Part shown: piece by piece, positions 51,960-64,000 of the stretch
How positions within the stretch are numbered: position 1 is the stretch's first letter
Layout of the letters: every line of letters begins with the position of its first letter
NCBI GenBank assembly: GCA_964291415.2
Contig: OZ219920.1
Coordinates: 1,184,001-1,248,000, forward strand
Reading direction: 5' to 3'
Length of the DNA: 64,000 bases
Origin: Alphaproteobacteria bacterium
GTDB lineage: Bacteria > Pseudomonadota > Alphaproteobacteria > SP197
Made by a program: the position numbers and the translations under genes
The notes under the pieces: model-generated
The model's database searches: none
What the model was told of the DNA's origin: nothing
The model's input: only the letters and a program-made list of their open reading frames with translations

Positions 51960-53594
51960 ATGCTCTCCGGGAGAATGATGGACAGGCCCCTGCTGGTCAG
52001 CGACATTCTACGCCATGCCGCCGAGGCATTCCCAGTATCCAGGATCATTTCCCGCACCGTGGAAGGGCCAATTCACCGCTACACCTATGCCGATGCACTC
52101 CGGCGAACCGCCGGACTGGCCCATGCGCTCGGACAACTCGGCATCGGCCCCGGCGACCGTGTCGCCACCATTGCCTGGAACACCTATCGGCACTTCGAGC
52201 TCTACTACGGCGTCTCCGGCATTGGCGCCGTCTGTCACACCATCAATCCGCGATTGTTCGCCGACCAGCTCGACTACATCGTCAACCATGCCGATGACAG
52301 GGCAATCTTTGTCGATCTCGACCTTGTGCCGCTCGTCGAGCAGCTCGCCGACAGGTTTTCCGGGGTGCGTCATGTCGTCGTCATGACCGACCGGGGGCAT
52401 ATGCCTCGTACGTCTCTCAAGCAAGCTCTTTGTTACGAGGAACTGCTTGAAGGCATGCCGGAAACGTTCGACTGGCCCTGCCTCGACGAAAACACCGCGG
52501 CGGCGATGTGCTACACGTCGGGCACCACCGGCAATCCCAAGGGATCGCTCTACAGCCATCGCTCCACCGTCCTCCACGCCATGGGGGTCCTGGCGCCGGG
52601 CATCCTTCCTCTCAACCGCAAGGCCGTGGTCATGCCTGTGGTGCCGATGTTCCATGTCCAGGCCTGGGGGCAGCCCTACGCAGCCCCGATCTGCGGGGCG
52701 TCATTGGTCCTTCCCGGTGCAAAACTCGATGGCGAAAGCCTCCATCAACTGATGGAATCCGAAAGCGTGACACTGGCGCTGGGCGTGCCCACCATCTGGC
52801 TGGGTCTGCTGGCCTGGCTGCGCCAGGCCGGCGAGAGGCTCACGACCGTTGGCCATCTCGTGACGGGTGGTTCTGCAGCCCCACCCACCATGTTCAAGGC
52901 CTGGGAGGAAGAGTACGGCATCGAGGTCCTGCAGGGCTGGGGCATGACGGAAACCAGTCCCGTGTGCGCCTGTGGTGCCTATGGCAGCGCCCTCGATGCT
53001 GCCGATGGTGACGAACGCTACGCGCACAGACTGCGCCAGCAACGCGTCTTCGGAGTCGAACTGCGCCTCGTCGATGACGACGGCCGGCCAGTGCCCGCCG
53101 ACGGCGTCTCCCAGGGGGAACTCCAGTGTCGCGGTCCCTGGATCATCGACAGTTACTACAATGATGATGCAGCGAGTGCAGCAGCCATCACCGATGACGG
53201 CTGGTTCCGAACAGGCGACGTGGCGACGCTTGCCCGTGAGAGCATGCTGCAGATCACGGACCGCACGAAGGACATGATCAAGTCCGGCGGCGAGTGGATC
53301 AGTTCCATTGATCTTGAGAGTGAGGTGATGAGTCACCCGGCGGTCGCCGAGGCCGCGGCCATCGCCATGCCCCATCCACGCTGGCAGGAACGCCCGATGC
53401 TGGTCATCGTCCTCAACCCCGACCAGACTGCGGACTCCGGCGATATCCGCCGCCACCTTGAGGGACGAATCGTAAAATGGTGGATGCCGGACGAGATCGT
53501 GTTCGTGGACGACCTTCCCCACACGGCGACCGGAAAGGTCTCGAAACTGCAATTGCGTGAACGTTTCCGCGATCATGTCCTGCCCACCGCCTGA
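51960..53594 (+). CDS. Acyl-CoA synthetase (medium-chain / DmdB-like)
   Basis: [46 protein letters not shown]. Confidence 0.92.
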   Translation: MLSGRMMDRPLLVSDILRHAAEAFPVSRIISRTVEGPIHRYTYADALRRTAGLAHALGQLGIGPGDRVATIAWNTYRHFELYYGVSGIGAVCHTINPRLFADQLDYIVNHADDRAIFVDLDLVPLVEQLADRFSGVRHVVVMTDRGHMPRTSLKQALCYEELLEGMPETFDWPCLDENTAAAMCYTSGTTGNPKGSLYSHRSTVLHAMGVLAPGILPLNRKAVVMPVVPMFHVQAWGQPYAAPICGASLVLPGAKLDGESLHQLMESESVTLALGVPTIWLGLLAWLRQAGERLTTVGHLVTGGSAAPPTMFKAWEEEYGIEVLQGWGMTETSPVCACGAYGSALDAADGDERYAHRLRQQRVFGVELRLVDDDGRPVPADGVSQGELQCRGPWIIDSYYNDDAASAAAITDDGWFRTGDVATLARESMLQITDRTKDMIKSGGEWISSIDLESEVMSHPAVAEAAAIAMPHPRWQERPMLVIVLNPDQTADSGDIRRHLEGRIVKWWMPDEIVFVDDLPHTATGKVSKLQLRERFRDHVLPTA

Positions 53595-53613
53595 TCAATC
53601 GACAAGGACCGCC

Positions 53614-54861
53614 ATGCCCTCTCAAAGGACCCCCGGGGTCGAACGTCTCCTCGAGCGTGTGGCCGCGTTCATGGACGAACACGTCTATCCCGCCGAGGCA
53701 CTCTACAAGGAACAGGTGAAGGAGCACGGTTGGACCAAGGCGCCACCCGTCATCGAGGAACTCAAGACGAAGGCGCAAGGCCAGGGACTGTGGAACCTGT
53801 TTCTGCCCGACAGCGAACGGGGTTACGGTCTGTCGAACCGGGACTACGCGCCCCTGTGCGAACTCATGGGACGCAGCCCCATCGCTCCCGAGGCGTTCAA
53901 TTGTTCGGCGCCGGACACCGGAAACATGGAGGTCCTGGAACGATACGGGACCGACGAGCAGAAACGGGAATGGCTCGAACCACTGCTCGCCGGCACCATC
54001 CGCTCAGCCTTTGCCATGACCGAACCCGATGTGGCCTCGTCGGATGCCACAAACATCCGCACGCGCATCGAACGCCGCGGCAACGGGTACCGGGTCCACG
54101 GGCGCAAGTGGTTCATCTCCGGGGCCGGCGATCCGCGCTGCCGCATCCTGATTGTCATGGGAAAGACCGACCCCGATGCCGACCGCCACAGGCAGCAATC
54201 CATGATTCTCGTGCCCATGGATACCCCTGGTGTCAAGGTCATCCGCCCCATGAGAGTCTTCGGCAACGATCACGCACCGCACGGCCACATGGAGGTCGAC
54301 TTCGACGATGTCCAGGTACCGGCGTCGAACCTGCTGCTTGGTGAAGGCCGGGGCTTCGAGATTGCACAGGGCCGCCTCGGGCCCGGCCGCATCCATCACT
54401 GCATGCGATTGATCGGACTCTCGGAACGCTGCCTCGCCATCATGTGCCGCAGGGTCAAGGAGAGGGTCGCGTTCGGCCGGCCTCTGGCAAGCCGTGACAC
54501 CATCCGCGCGGACATTGCCGACAGCAGGATTGAAATCGACATGGCGCGCCATCTGGTGCTTCATGCAGCCGACATGATGGACAGTGTCGGCAACAAGGAG
54601 GCGCGAAGCGAAATCGCGGCCATCAAGGTCGTGGCCCCGAATCTGTGCCAGCGCGTGGCCGACCGCGCCATCCAGGCGCATGGCGCCATGGGCATCTCCC
54701 AGGACACCATCCTGGCAGACGCCTGGATGTACGCCCGCACCGTGCGCTTTGCTGATGGACCCGATGAAGTCCATCGCGCCGCGATCTCAAGGATGGAGCT
54801 CGCAAAACATGATGCGAATGACAATCAATCATTATCCAATGGAATGTATGAAAGTAATTGA
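53614..54861 (+). CDS. Acyl-CoA dehydrogenase, ACAD10/11- and LvaC-like
   Basis: [58 protein letters not shown]. Confidence 0.92.
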   Translation: MPSQRTPGVERLLERVAAFMDEHVYPAEALYKEQVKEHGWTKAPPVIEELKTKAQGQGLWNLFLPDSERGYGLSNRDYAPLCELMGRSPIAPEAFNCSAPDTGNMEVLERYGTDEQKREWLEPLLAGTIRSAFAMTEPDVASSDATNIRTRIERRGNGYRVHGRKWFISGAGDPRCRILIVMGKTDPDADRHRQQSMILVPMDTPGVKVIRPMRVFGNDHAPHGHMEVDFDDVQVPASNLLLGEGRGFEIAQGRLGPGRIHHCMRLIGLSERCLAIMCRRVKERVAFGRPLASRDTIRADIADSRIEIDMARHLVLHAADMMDSVGNKEARSEIAAIKVVAPNLCQRVADRAIQAHGAMGISQDTILADAWMYARTVRFADGPDEVHRAAISRMELAKHDANDNQSLSNGMYESN

Positions 54862-54929
54862 AATAGATTGCAGATGTGTTCCGGTCTCGTGCAGTGTCAC
54901 GGTCCGGCAGGAATTCACGGGGGAAGAGC

Positions 54930-57036
54930 ATGTCACTGGTTGATTACGAACGGCGCGGGAGCGTTGCTGTTCTCATCGTCAACAATCCGCCGGTCAACGC
55001 CATGAGCCCGGGAGTGCCCCGTGGCATCTGTGAAGGCATCGCCCGCGCGTCGCGTGACCGGGACGTCGGCGCCGTTGTCCTTGTTGGCGCCGGTCGCGGG
55101 TTCATCGCAGGAGCCGATATCCGGTACTTCTCGTTGCCCTGGCCCGAGGGCGAAGAGAACTTTTCCGATGTGATTCGCGCGTTCGAGCACAGTTCCAAAC
55201 CGGTTGTCGCCGCCATTCACGGCCATGCCCTGGGTGGCGGACTGGAGGTCGCGATGGCCTGTCACTACCGGGTCATTTCGCCTGGCACGCGGGTCGGCCA
55301 GCCCGAGGTCAAGCTCGGGTTCCCGCCAGGCGCCGGCGGCACACAGCGACTCCCCCGCCTTGCCGGAGTGGCGGCAGCGCTCGACATGATCGTTTCCGGC
55401 TCTCCGGTCACGGCGCCGCGAGCCGTGGAACTCGGCATCGCCGACAGCCTGATCGAGGACGACCTCGTGGAAGGCGCCTGCCGTTTCGCCGAACAAACGG
55501 CGAATTCCGGTGGCCCCCACCGGCTCGCGCGGGATCTTCCGGTCAACCTCGATGACCCTGCCATCTTTGACGCGATGCGCAGGAAGATTGCCCGCCGCGC
55601 GCGCGGCATGCGCGCGCCCTATGCCTGTATCGAGTGCGTCGAAGCGGCCGTGAACCTCGATTTCGACGCCGGCATCGCAGAGGAACGCCGTATCTTCGAA
55701 TCATGCGTGCACTCCGACGAATCGAAAGCACTGCGCCATGTGTTCTTCGCCGAGAGGGCAGCCGGCAAGATTCCCGGGATCGACAAGGGCACCTCCTTGC
55801 GCGAGATTGCTTCGGCAGGCGTCGTCGGTGCCGGCACCATGGGGGGCGGCATCGCCATGAACTTCGCCAATGCCGGCATCCCCGTCACCATTGTCGAACG
55901 CAATGCCGAGGTTCTCGAAGGCGGCATGGCAGTCATCTCGCGCAACTACGCGGCCAGCGTGTCGAGAGGGCGGATGAGTCAGGCGGCTCACGACCGCGCC
56001 ATGGCCCTCATGACGCCTTCCATCACCATGGAGGATCTCGCTGACGCCGACATCATCATCGAAGCCGTGTTCGAGGAGATGGCGGTCAAGAGGGCGGTCT
56101 TCGCCGAGATCGACCGGGTGGCACGGCCCGACGCCATTCTCACGTCCAACACCTCCTATCTCAATGTCGATGACATCGCCGCTGCCATGCCCGACCGCCA
56201 CGGCCATGTCCTGGGCACGCACTTCTTCAGCCCGGCCAACGTCATGCGCCTGCTTGAGGTCGTGCGCACCGCCAATGTCTCGGCGGAGAACCTCGCCACC
56301 GTCATGGCCCTGGCACGCCGGATGGGCAAGCTTCCGATTGTTGCCGGTGTCTGCCACGGGTTCATCGGCAACCGCATGCTCGAAGGATACTTCGGCGAAG
56401 CCTCGCTCATGGTCGAGGAGGGCATTGCGCCCGAGCGCATCGACCGCGTGATGTTCGAATTCGGAATGGCCATGGGACCGCTTGCGGTCATGGATCTTGC
56501 CGGGCTCGATGTCGGCTGGAGCAAGCGCAAGGACGCCGGTGGCGGCACCGCCACCGAACGCCGCGGTTCCTGGATCGCCAACCGTCTGTGCGAACAGGGA
56601 CGTTTCGGGCAGAAGACCGGACGGGGCTATTACATCTACGAGCAAGGCAGCCGCACGCCGACTCCGGATCCGGAGATCAATGACCTGATGGAGGCCGCCC
56701 GCCGTCACTTCGGTCTCGGGCCCCCTGACCTTTCGGATGCGCAGATTCTCGAGCGGTGCCTTTACCCCTTGGTCAACATCGGCGCTGCCATTCTCGCCGA
56801 AGGGCATGCCCTGAGGGCCAGCGACATCGATCTTGTCTACATCAACGGATACGGGTTCCCCGCCTGGAGAGGTGGACCGATGCACTGGGCCGGCAATGTC
56901 GGTCTCGATCGCATCCACGAGGCAGTCTGCCGCTACCACAGGGAACTCGGCTTCCCGCAGTGGACACCATCATCACTTCTGAAGGAACTCGCTTCCTCCG
57001 GCCGCACATTCGAAGATCATGACAGGGACCATCGCC

Positions 57037-57044
<8 letters not shown>
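54930..57044 (+). CDS. Enoyl-CoA hydratase / 3-hydroxyacyl-CoA dehydrogenase (PimF/FadB-like)
   Basis: [52 protein letters not shown]. Confidence 0.92.
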
Positions 57045-58221
<1,177 letters not shown>

Positions 58222-58231
58222 ACACCTGGCG

Positions 58232-59293
58232 ATGACGTTCCATGATCCCGAGACCATGGAGGTCCGGCCGGAGGAACGGCTCGACCTGAAACGTCTCGAA
58301 CCCTGGTTGCGTGACAACCTCGAGGGAGCAGCCGGGCCGCTCGCCGTTCGCCAGTTTGGTGGCGGTCACGCCAATCTGACCTATCTCCTCGACTTCGCCG
58401 GGCGGCAGTACGTGCTGAGGCGTCCGCCGTTGGGGCCGGTTGCGCCGTCTGCCCATGACATGCGCCGGGAGCATCGCATTCTCTCACGCCTGTGGCGGGC
58501 GTGGGATCTGGCGCCACGAAGCTACGTCCTGTGCACCGACGCCGCCATTCTGGGCTCCGACTTCCATGTCATGGAACGCCGCCACGGTCTGGTGCTGCGA
58601 GCCACCAATCCTCACATCACTGACGGCAAGCCTGAGGTCTGCCGACGCATTGGCGTGATGGTCGCCGAGGTTCTTGCCAGCCTGCACGAAATTGACGCCG
58701 ATGCGGTCGGTCTCGGTGATCTCGGTCGGCCTGATGGATTCGTGAACCGTCAGGTCGAGGGCTGGGCCGAACGGTGGGAGGCCGCGCTTGATGATACGTC
58801 TCCGGACGCTTCCGCATTGGTCCGCTGGATTCGCGAGGAACGGCCGGCCTCCGGCGCGGCGACGCTGGTCCACAACGATTTCAAGCTGGACAATATCCTG
58901 GTGGCACGGGACGACGTGGCGAGGGCGACGGCGGTCCTCGACTGGGACATGTGCACGCGGGGAGACCCCCTGCTCGATCTGGCCAATCTCGTGGCCTATT
59001 GGTCCGAGGAAAACGACAGCGCAACATGGCGACAGGCGGTCTGGATGCCCACCGACAAACAGGGTTTCCCGACACGCGCCGAACTGGTCGATCTCTATGC
59101 CGGTCTCACCGGATTCGATGTCTCGCGGTTTGCCTGGTACGAGGTCTTCGTCACCTTCAAGATCGCTGTCATCATCCAGCAGATCTACATCCGTTACCTG
59201 AGGGGTCAGACAAGCGATGAGCGCTTTGCCATCATGGGTGACCGGGTAGAGGCGCTGATTGCCAAGTGCGAGGAACTGACGGTACGTCAGTGA
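58232..59293 (+). CDS. APH-family phosphotransferase (ACAD10/11 kinase- and LvaA-like)
   Basis: QFGGGHANLTY, VLRRPP, AHDMRRE, HNDFKLDN, LDWDM..GDPL.D. Confidence 0.88.
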   Translation: MTFHDPETMEVRPEERLDLKRLEPWLRDNLEGAAGPLAVRQFGGGHANLTYLLDFAGRQYVLRRPPLGPVAPSAHDMRREHRILSRLWRAWDLAPRSYVLCTDAAILGSDFHVMERRHGLVLRATNPHITDGKPEVCRRIGVMVAEVLASLHEIDADAVGLGDLGRPDGFVNRQVEGWAERWEAALDDTSPDASALVRWIREERPASGAATLVHNDFKLDNILVARDDVARATAVLDWDMCTRGDPLLDLANLVAYWSEENDSATWRQAVWMPTDKQGFPTRAELVDLYAGLTGFDVSRFAWYEVFVTFKIAVIIQQIYIRYLRGQTSDERFAIMGDRVEALIAKCEELTVRQ

Positions 59294-59778
59294 CCAAACA
59301 TGCGCCGCAAACCAAAGTGTTGCTGGCGTTTTTCCATGAATCTCTGATGATAGTCCTCGGCCATCCAGAACGTATCGGCATCGCAGATTTCGGTGACGAT
59401 CCTGCGTCCGTCACGGCGCTGGGACTGCTGCTCTTCGCGTGAAGCAAGAGCAGCTTCGCGCTGATCATTGTCGTGAACGAAGATTGCCGAACGGTACTGG
59501 GTGCCGATGTCCGGTCCCTGCCTGTTGGCCGTGGTGGGATCGTGCATGGCCCAGAAGTGGGACAGCAACTCTCGGTAGCTCACGACATCGGGATCGAACG
59601 TGACCAGAACGGCCTCCGCGTGGCCTGTACTCCCCGTGCACACCTCGTGATAGGTCGGGTGTTCCAGGTAGCCGCCCGTGTAACCGACGACAGCATCACG
59701 GACACCCTCGATCTCCCTGAACCGGACTTCAGGTCCCCAGAAACATCCGGCGGCAAACGTTGCTTTCAATTCAGCCAT
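59287..59778 (-). CDS. msrA: Peptide-methionine (S)-S-oxide reductase
   Basis: AGCFWG, GHAEAV, HDPT, RQGPDIGTQYRS, AEDYHQ. Confidence 0.96.
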   Translation of the reverse strand: MAELKATFAAGCFWGPEVRFREIEGVRDAVVGYTGGYLEHPTYHEVCTGSTGHAEAVLVTFDPDVVSYRELLSHFWAMHDPTTANRQGPDIGTQYRSAIFVHDNDQREAALASREEQQSQRRDGRRIVTEICDADTFWMAEDYHQRFMEKRQQHFGLRRMFGH

Positions 59779-59793
59779 GTCGGCGGCCTCCCC

Positions 59794-60564
59794 TTACAGT
59801 CCCGCGGCGATGGTGGCGCCGCCATCCACCACGATCGTCTGGCCGGTAATGTAGCGTCCGGCGTCCGAAGCAAGGAACACCGCCGTACCGGCCATGTCAT
59901 CGGGCTCGCCGATGCGCCTCATGGGATAGTGCTCTTCGACCATGGCCAATCGTTCGGGATTCTCCCACAGCGCCTTCGCAAAGTCCGTGCGCACAAGACC
60001 AGGGGCGATGGTGTTGACCCGAACGCCGTGTTCTCCCCAGGTCACCGCGAGATTGCGCGCCATGGCGATGACGGCTGCCTTCGAAATGCCGTAGGTGCCG
60101 ATGTCGTCGGTTCCCTTGATGCCGGCGATCGATGAAACGTAGATGATGGTTCCGTCACCGCGTTCGGCCATGCCGGGGAGGACCAGTCGCGCGAGCCACA
60201 GGTTGGCCCTGACGTTGCAGTTGATGATCTTCTCGAAAGCGCTCTCGCCGATAGTGGTCATCGGGCCATAGTGCGGATTGACCGCGGCATTGCCGACGAG
60301 GCAGTCGATCCGGTCGAACACGTCGATTGACGTTGCCACCAGGTGTTCCAGCTGGTCGATGTGGGTGACATTGCAGGCCACTGCGGCTGCCTCCCCGCCA
60401 GCCTCGCGAATCGTCCGGGCCACCTCTTCGCACGCGTCAAGCTTGCGGCTGGACACCACGATACGGGCGCCGGCGTCGGCCATGCGCAGAGCCATCGCGC
60501 GGCCGATACCCCTCGATGCGCCGGTGATGACAACCACCTTCCCCGTCAGGTCAAAGAGTCCCAT
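59794..60564 (-). CDS. Short-chain dehydrogenase/reductase
   Basis: TGASRGIG, NAA, YGISK (YxxxK), VNTIAPGLVRTDF. Confidence 0.92.
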   Translation of the reverse strand: MGLFDLTGKVVVITGASRGIGRAMALRMADAGARIVVSSRKLDACEEVARTIREAGGEAAAVACNVTHIDQLEHLVATSIDVFDRIDCLVGNAAVNPHYGPMTTIGESAFEKIINCNVRANLWLARLVLPGMAERGDGTIIYVSSIAGIKGTDDIGTYGISKAAVIAMARNLAVTWGEHGVRVNTIAPGLVRTDFAKALWENPERLAMVEEHYPMRRIGEPDDMAGTAVFLASDAGRYITGQTIVVDGGATIAAGL

Positions 60565-60652
60565 CGCCCTCTCTCCCGTCGTTGCGCATCGTTGCCACGC
60601 CATACTAGATTGTCCACTCAAATCCGTGGTCAGGAATGGGGATACCGGACGC

Positions 60653-61834
60653 ATGCAGATGACGTTTACAGCCGCCGATGAGGCCTTTCGCGATGAACTC
60701 CGGGACTTCATCGGGCGGGAATGCGACCCGCGCTCGCGCGAGCGCGTGGAGAAAGGCCTTGGCATCGGCAAGGAGGACTATGTCGACTGGCACCGCAAAC
60801 TCGCCACGAAGGGCTGGTCCTGTCCTCATTGGCCGGTCGAACATGGCGGTTGCGACTGGACGCCCGTGCGTCACTACATCTTCGAAGCGGAAACCGGCGA
60901 GGCCTGTTGCCCGCCACCAGTGCCGTTCGGTCCCGAAATGGTCGCGCCGGTGGTCTGGACCTTCGGCACACCGGAACAGCAGCGACAGCACCTGCCCCCC
61001 ATCCTGGCCGGCGACCTGTGGTGGGCCCAGGGTTACTCCGAACCCAATTCCGGCTCGGATCTCGCCAGCCTGAAGACCGCGGCTCGTCTCGACGGCGACC
61101 ACTACGTTGTCAATGGCATCAAGACCTGGACGACAATGGCCCATTATGCCGACTGGATCTTCCTCCTGGTACGCACCTCGAGCAAAGGCAAGAAACAGGA
61201 GGGAATCACATTCCTCCTTGTCGACATGACGTCGCCCGGGATCACCATCCACCCGATCATCACCATGGAAGGCGGCCACGAAGTGAATCAGGTGGTTTTC
61301 GATGACGTCCGCGTTCCAGTCGCCAACCGCATCGGCGAGGAAAACCGTGGTTGGACCTATGCCAAGTTCCTTCTCGGCTACGAGCGCTTCAACATGGCAG
61401 GCATTCCCCAGGCCAAACGCCAGATGAAGCGCCTGCGTCACATCGCCGGAGACCAGGGCATCGACAGCGATCCGGGGTTCCGGGCGAGGATGGCCGACGC
61501 CGAGATCCAGATCATGGCTCTTGAATCGACGATGCTGAGATTGCTGTCGTCCGTCGCCGCAGGCAAGGACCCCGGCAATGAATCCTCCTACATCAAGATC
61601 CGTGGCACCGAGATCGATCAGCTGATGACCGAACTCGCCATGGAGGCTGCCGGCCCCTACGTGCTGCCCTACGCGCCGCGGGCCCTCGAGGAGGGCTGGA
61701 ACGAGGAACCGCTGGGGCCTGACTATGCAGCACCCGTTGCACCCGACTACTTCAATACCCGCAAGGTGACGATCTACGGCGGATCCAACGAGATCCAGAA
61801 GAACATCATCGCCAAGCACGTACTGGGGCTCTAG
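60653..61834 (+). CDS. Acyl-CoA dehydrogenase large subunit (PimC-like)
   Basis: WAQGYSEPNSGSDLASL, NRGWTYAKFLL, IYGGSNEIQKNII. Confidence 0.88.
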   Translation: MQMTFTAADEAFRDELRDFIGRECDPRSRERVEKGLGIGKEDYVDWHRKLATKGWSCPHWPVEHGGCDWTPVRHYIFEAETGEACCPPPVPFGPEMVAPVVWTFGTPEQQRQHLPPILAGDLWWAQGYSEPNSGSDLASLKTAARLDGDHYVVNGIKTWTTMAHYADWIFLLVRTSSKGKKQEGITFLLVDMTSPGITIHPIITMEGGHEVNQVVFDDVRVPVANRIGEENRGWTYAKFLLGYERFNMAGIPQAKRQMKRLRHIAGDQGIDSDPGFRARMADAEIQIMALESTMLRLLSSVAAGKDPGNESSYIKIRGTEIDQLMTELAMEAAGPYVLPYAPRALEEGWNEEPLGPDYAAPVAPDYFNTRKVTIYGGSNEIQKNIIAKHVLGL

Positions 61835-61838
61835 TGAC

Positions 61839-62951
61839 ATGCTGAATCTGGAGCTGAACGAGGGGCAGCTGCTCCTCCGGGAAAGCGTCGATCGATTTGT
61901 CGAGCGTGAGTACGATTTCGAACGTCATCGCGCGTCGGTCGCCGATGACGAAGGGTTCAGCCGCTCGCTGTGGAAGGAGTTTGCCGAACTCGGCTGGCTT
62001 GGCGTCGGCCTTGATTCCGAGTTCGGCGGCGCCCGGGATGTCGCCATCCTGATGGAGGGGCTGGGACGCGGTCTCGTGGTCGAACCGTTTCTCCCCAGCA
62101 TCGTGATGGCAGCAAAGGCCATCGCCATCGCCGGTGGCGGGGATGAGGGCTCCGAGATCATCGCCCGGGCAGCGACCGGTGATCACCTGCTGTCGTTCGC
62201 CTTTACCGAACCGCGCTCGCGCTACCACATCGACCACGTGACCACCCGCGCCACACGATCGGGGGACGGCTGGTCTCTCAACGGTCGCAAGAGCCTTGTC
62301 TTCAACGGTGACACCGCCGACTCGCTCGTGGTGACGGCAAGAACATCGGGCAGCAACCGGGACCGGGGCGGTCTTTCGCTCTTTCTGGTCGACGGTGAAG
62401 GCGATGGCGTTTCCAGGCGCGCTTATCCGACCAACGACAGCAGGCGGGCCGCCGATATCGATTTCCACGATGCTCCAGGCCGTCTGCTCGGCATGGCCGA
62501 TGAAGCCCACGCCGTGATAGCGGAAGTCGTCGACCGTGCCGCCGCGGCCGTCTGTGCCGAATCGCTCGGCCTCATGTCCCGCCTGAACGACCTCACGGTT
62601 GAATACTCGAAGACCCGCGAACAGTTCGATCAGCCGATCGGCCGGTTCCAGGTCCTGCAACATCGCATGGTGGACATGTTCGTGGCACTCGAGGAGTCGC
62701 GCTCAATGACAACCGTCTACATGGGCGATGTCGATGCCACCGATGCCATCGAGCGGCAAAGGGCGGTATCGGCCATGAAAGTGCAGTGCGACAAGGCCGG
62801 ACGCCTGGTCGGTCAGGAAGCGGTGCAACTTCACGGCGGCATCGCCATGACCCAGGACTACGAAGCCGGCCATCACTTCAAGAGACTGAGCGTCATCCAT
62901 CGCCTGTTTGGCGACATCGACTGGCACCTCGATCGCTTCGCCAGCCTCTGA
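61839..62951 (+). CDS. Acyl-CoA dehydrogenase small subunit (PimD-like)
   Basis: REQFDQPIGRFQVLQHRMVDM, QLHGGIAMT, FGDIDWHL; paired with the PimC-like gene. Confidence 0.85.
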   Translation: MLNLELNEGQLLLRESVDRFVEREYDFERHRASVADDEGFSRSLWKEFAELGWLGVGLDSEFGGARDVAILMEGLGRGLVVEPFLPSIVMAAKAIAIAGGGDEGSEIIARAATGDHLLSFAFTEPRSRYHIDHVTTRATRSGDGWSLNGRKSLVFNGDTADSLVVTARTSGSNRDRGGLSLFLVDGEGDGVSRRAYPTNDSRRAADIDFHDAPGRLLGMADEAHAVIAEVVDRAAAAVCAESLGLMSRLNDLTVEYSKTREQFDQPIGRFQVLQHRMVDMFVALEESRSMTTVYMGDVDATDAIERQRAVSAMKVQCDKAGRLVGQEAVQLHGGIAMTQDYEAGHHFKRLSVIHRLFGDIDWHLDRFASL

Positions 62952-63009
62952 GGGTGCCCCACGCGAAGCCGGGAGAGTGTCTTTTCGGTCACGTGACGGA
63001 TGGCGATGA

Positions 63010-63999
63010 TCACGTGGCAAGGGCGTGGGCGATGGCCCTGAACGAGCGCTCCATGTCATTGAAGAACTTCTCATCCGCCGGGGCGGGGTGACTCGAGTGG
63101 CGCGCGCAGACGACACCGGCAACCGGGTCGACGAAGAGCATCTGACCGTGGATTCCGATGCCGAAGAATGGCCGGTGGGGATCATTGAGGTCCGTGTACC
63201 ACTTGGAGCGGTAGTGGCATCCCGGCATCATGTCGACGAATGAGCCGCGATCCCATGCGTCGCTGTCGCCATTCTCCCTGAAGTCCCTGATCCACGATTC
63301 AGGAATGATGCGCCGTCCGTCCATGATCCCGTTCTGGAGGTGAAGCTGGCCAAAGCGGGCAAGGTCGCGCGTGGTGACGCACAGGCCGCCGTCAGTTTGT
63401 GGCGCCCCGAGTCGATCGAGCGCGACGTAGGCGTCTTCGCCCGCCCCCATCGGCTGCCAGATTTCGCGGCTGAGCAGCGTGGCAAAGTCCGTTCCCGACA
63501 CCCTCTCCAGGATCCAGCCCAGAAGATCGGTGTTGGTCGACACATAGTGGAAGATCTCTCCATGCGATCCCGCAGGACGCATTGTCGCGATGTAGTCCCG
63601 CAAGTTGTCGGGCGCGCCTTCGATGGCGGGGCGCCAGCCGCATGCCGCATCAAGCTCGGCCATGTCACTTGCGGGATTGTCGTAGTCCTCGTCGTAGTCC
63701 ATGCCCACGGTCATATCGAGCACGTGGCGAACCCGGGCACCGTCGTATGCCGAACCCCTGACTTCGGGAATGATGTCGGTGACGAGATCGTCGGGTGAAA
63801 GGAGACCGCGCTCGACAAGAATTCCGGTGAGCGATCCGGTGAAGGACTTGGTCACCGACATGAGGAGATGCGGCTCATGGGGAGCCACGCCCTCGGCATA
63901 GCGTTCGGTGACAATGACGCCCTGGCAGAGCACCACCAGACCGTCCATGTACCCGGTCTCGATTGTCCTGCCGACGGTTGTCGTGGCTCCTTCGGCATC
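63010..63999 (-). CDS. Beta-lactamase-fold serine hydrolase, NylB-like, 5'-partial
   Basis: HLLMSVTKS (SxxK), YVSTNTD, RDLARFG, GIHGQ; frame open to the window edge. Confidence 0.85.
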   Translation of the reverse strand, partial: DAEGATTTVGRTIETGYMDGLVVLCQGVIVTERYAEGVAPHEPHLLMSVTKSFTGSLTGILVERGLLSPDDLVTDIIPEVRGSAYDGARVRHVLDMTVGMDYDEDYDNPASDMAELDAACGWRPAIEGAPDNLRDYIATMRPAGSHGEIFHYVSTNTDLLGWILERVSGTDFATLLSREIWQPMGAGEDAYVALDRLGAPQTDGGLCVTTRDLARFGQLHLQNGIMDGRRIIPESWIRDFRENGDSDAWDRGSFVDMMPGCHYRSKWYTDLNDPHRPFFGIGIHGQMLFVDPVAGVVCARHSSHPAPADEKFFNDMERSFRAIAHALAT

Positions 64000-64000
64000 C

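Overview
High-GC bacterial chromosome segment; gene order and protein sequences point to an Alphaproteobacterium, probably Rhodospirillales-like (inference). 1-19 kb is a housekeeping block: kdsA-eno-ftsB-pdhABC-lpdA-lipA-ratA, then cinA/pgpA/ispDF on the minus strand, then a CcsA-like gene followed by ntrYX-trkA-dat-hfq-hflX. 19-39 kb holds mazG, an orphan Tat-exported solute-binding protein, a Gfo/Idh/MocA gene with an in-frame TGA, the mltB-rlpA-dacA-tmk-holB-metG-tatD run, mscS, a 45-aa cytochrome oxidase subunit IV-like ORF missing from the ORF track, a SLOG protein, rsgA, ettA, dinB, and ibpA with an RpoH promoter and a ROSE-like thermometer. 39-52 kb is an amine/amino-acid catabolic island containing a frameshifted amidase. 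It is interrupted at 48.9-50.3 kb by the best novelty candidate: a two-gene module in which an HhH/TAG-like DNA glycosylase domain is fused to an antitoxin-like tail and translationally coupled to a PIN nuclease. 52-64 kb is an acyl-CoA catabolic cluster (lva/ACAD10-like plus pim-like genes), msrA and a partial NylB-like hydrolase. I recognised no rRNA, tRNA, CRISPR array, transposase or integrase. All family calls come from reading motifs by eye; no database searches were run.
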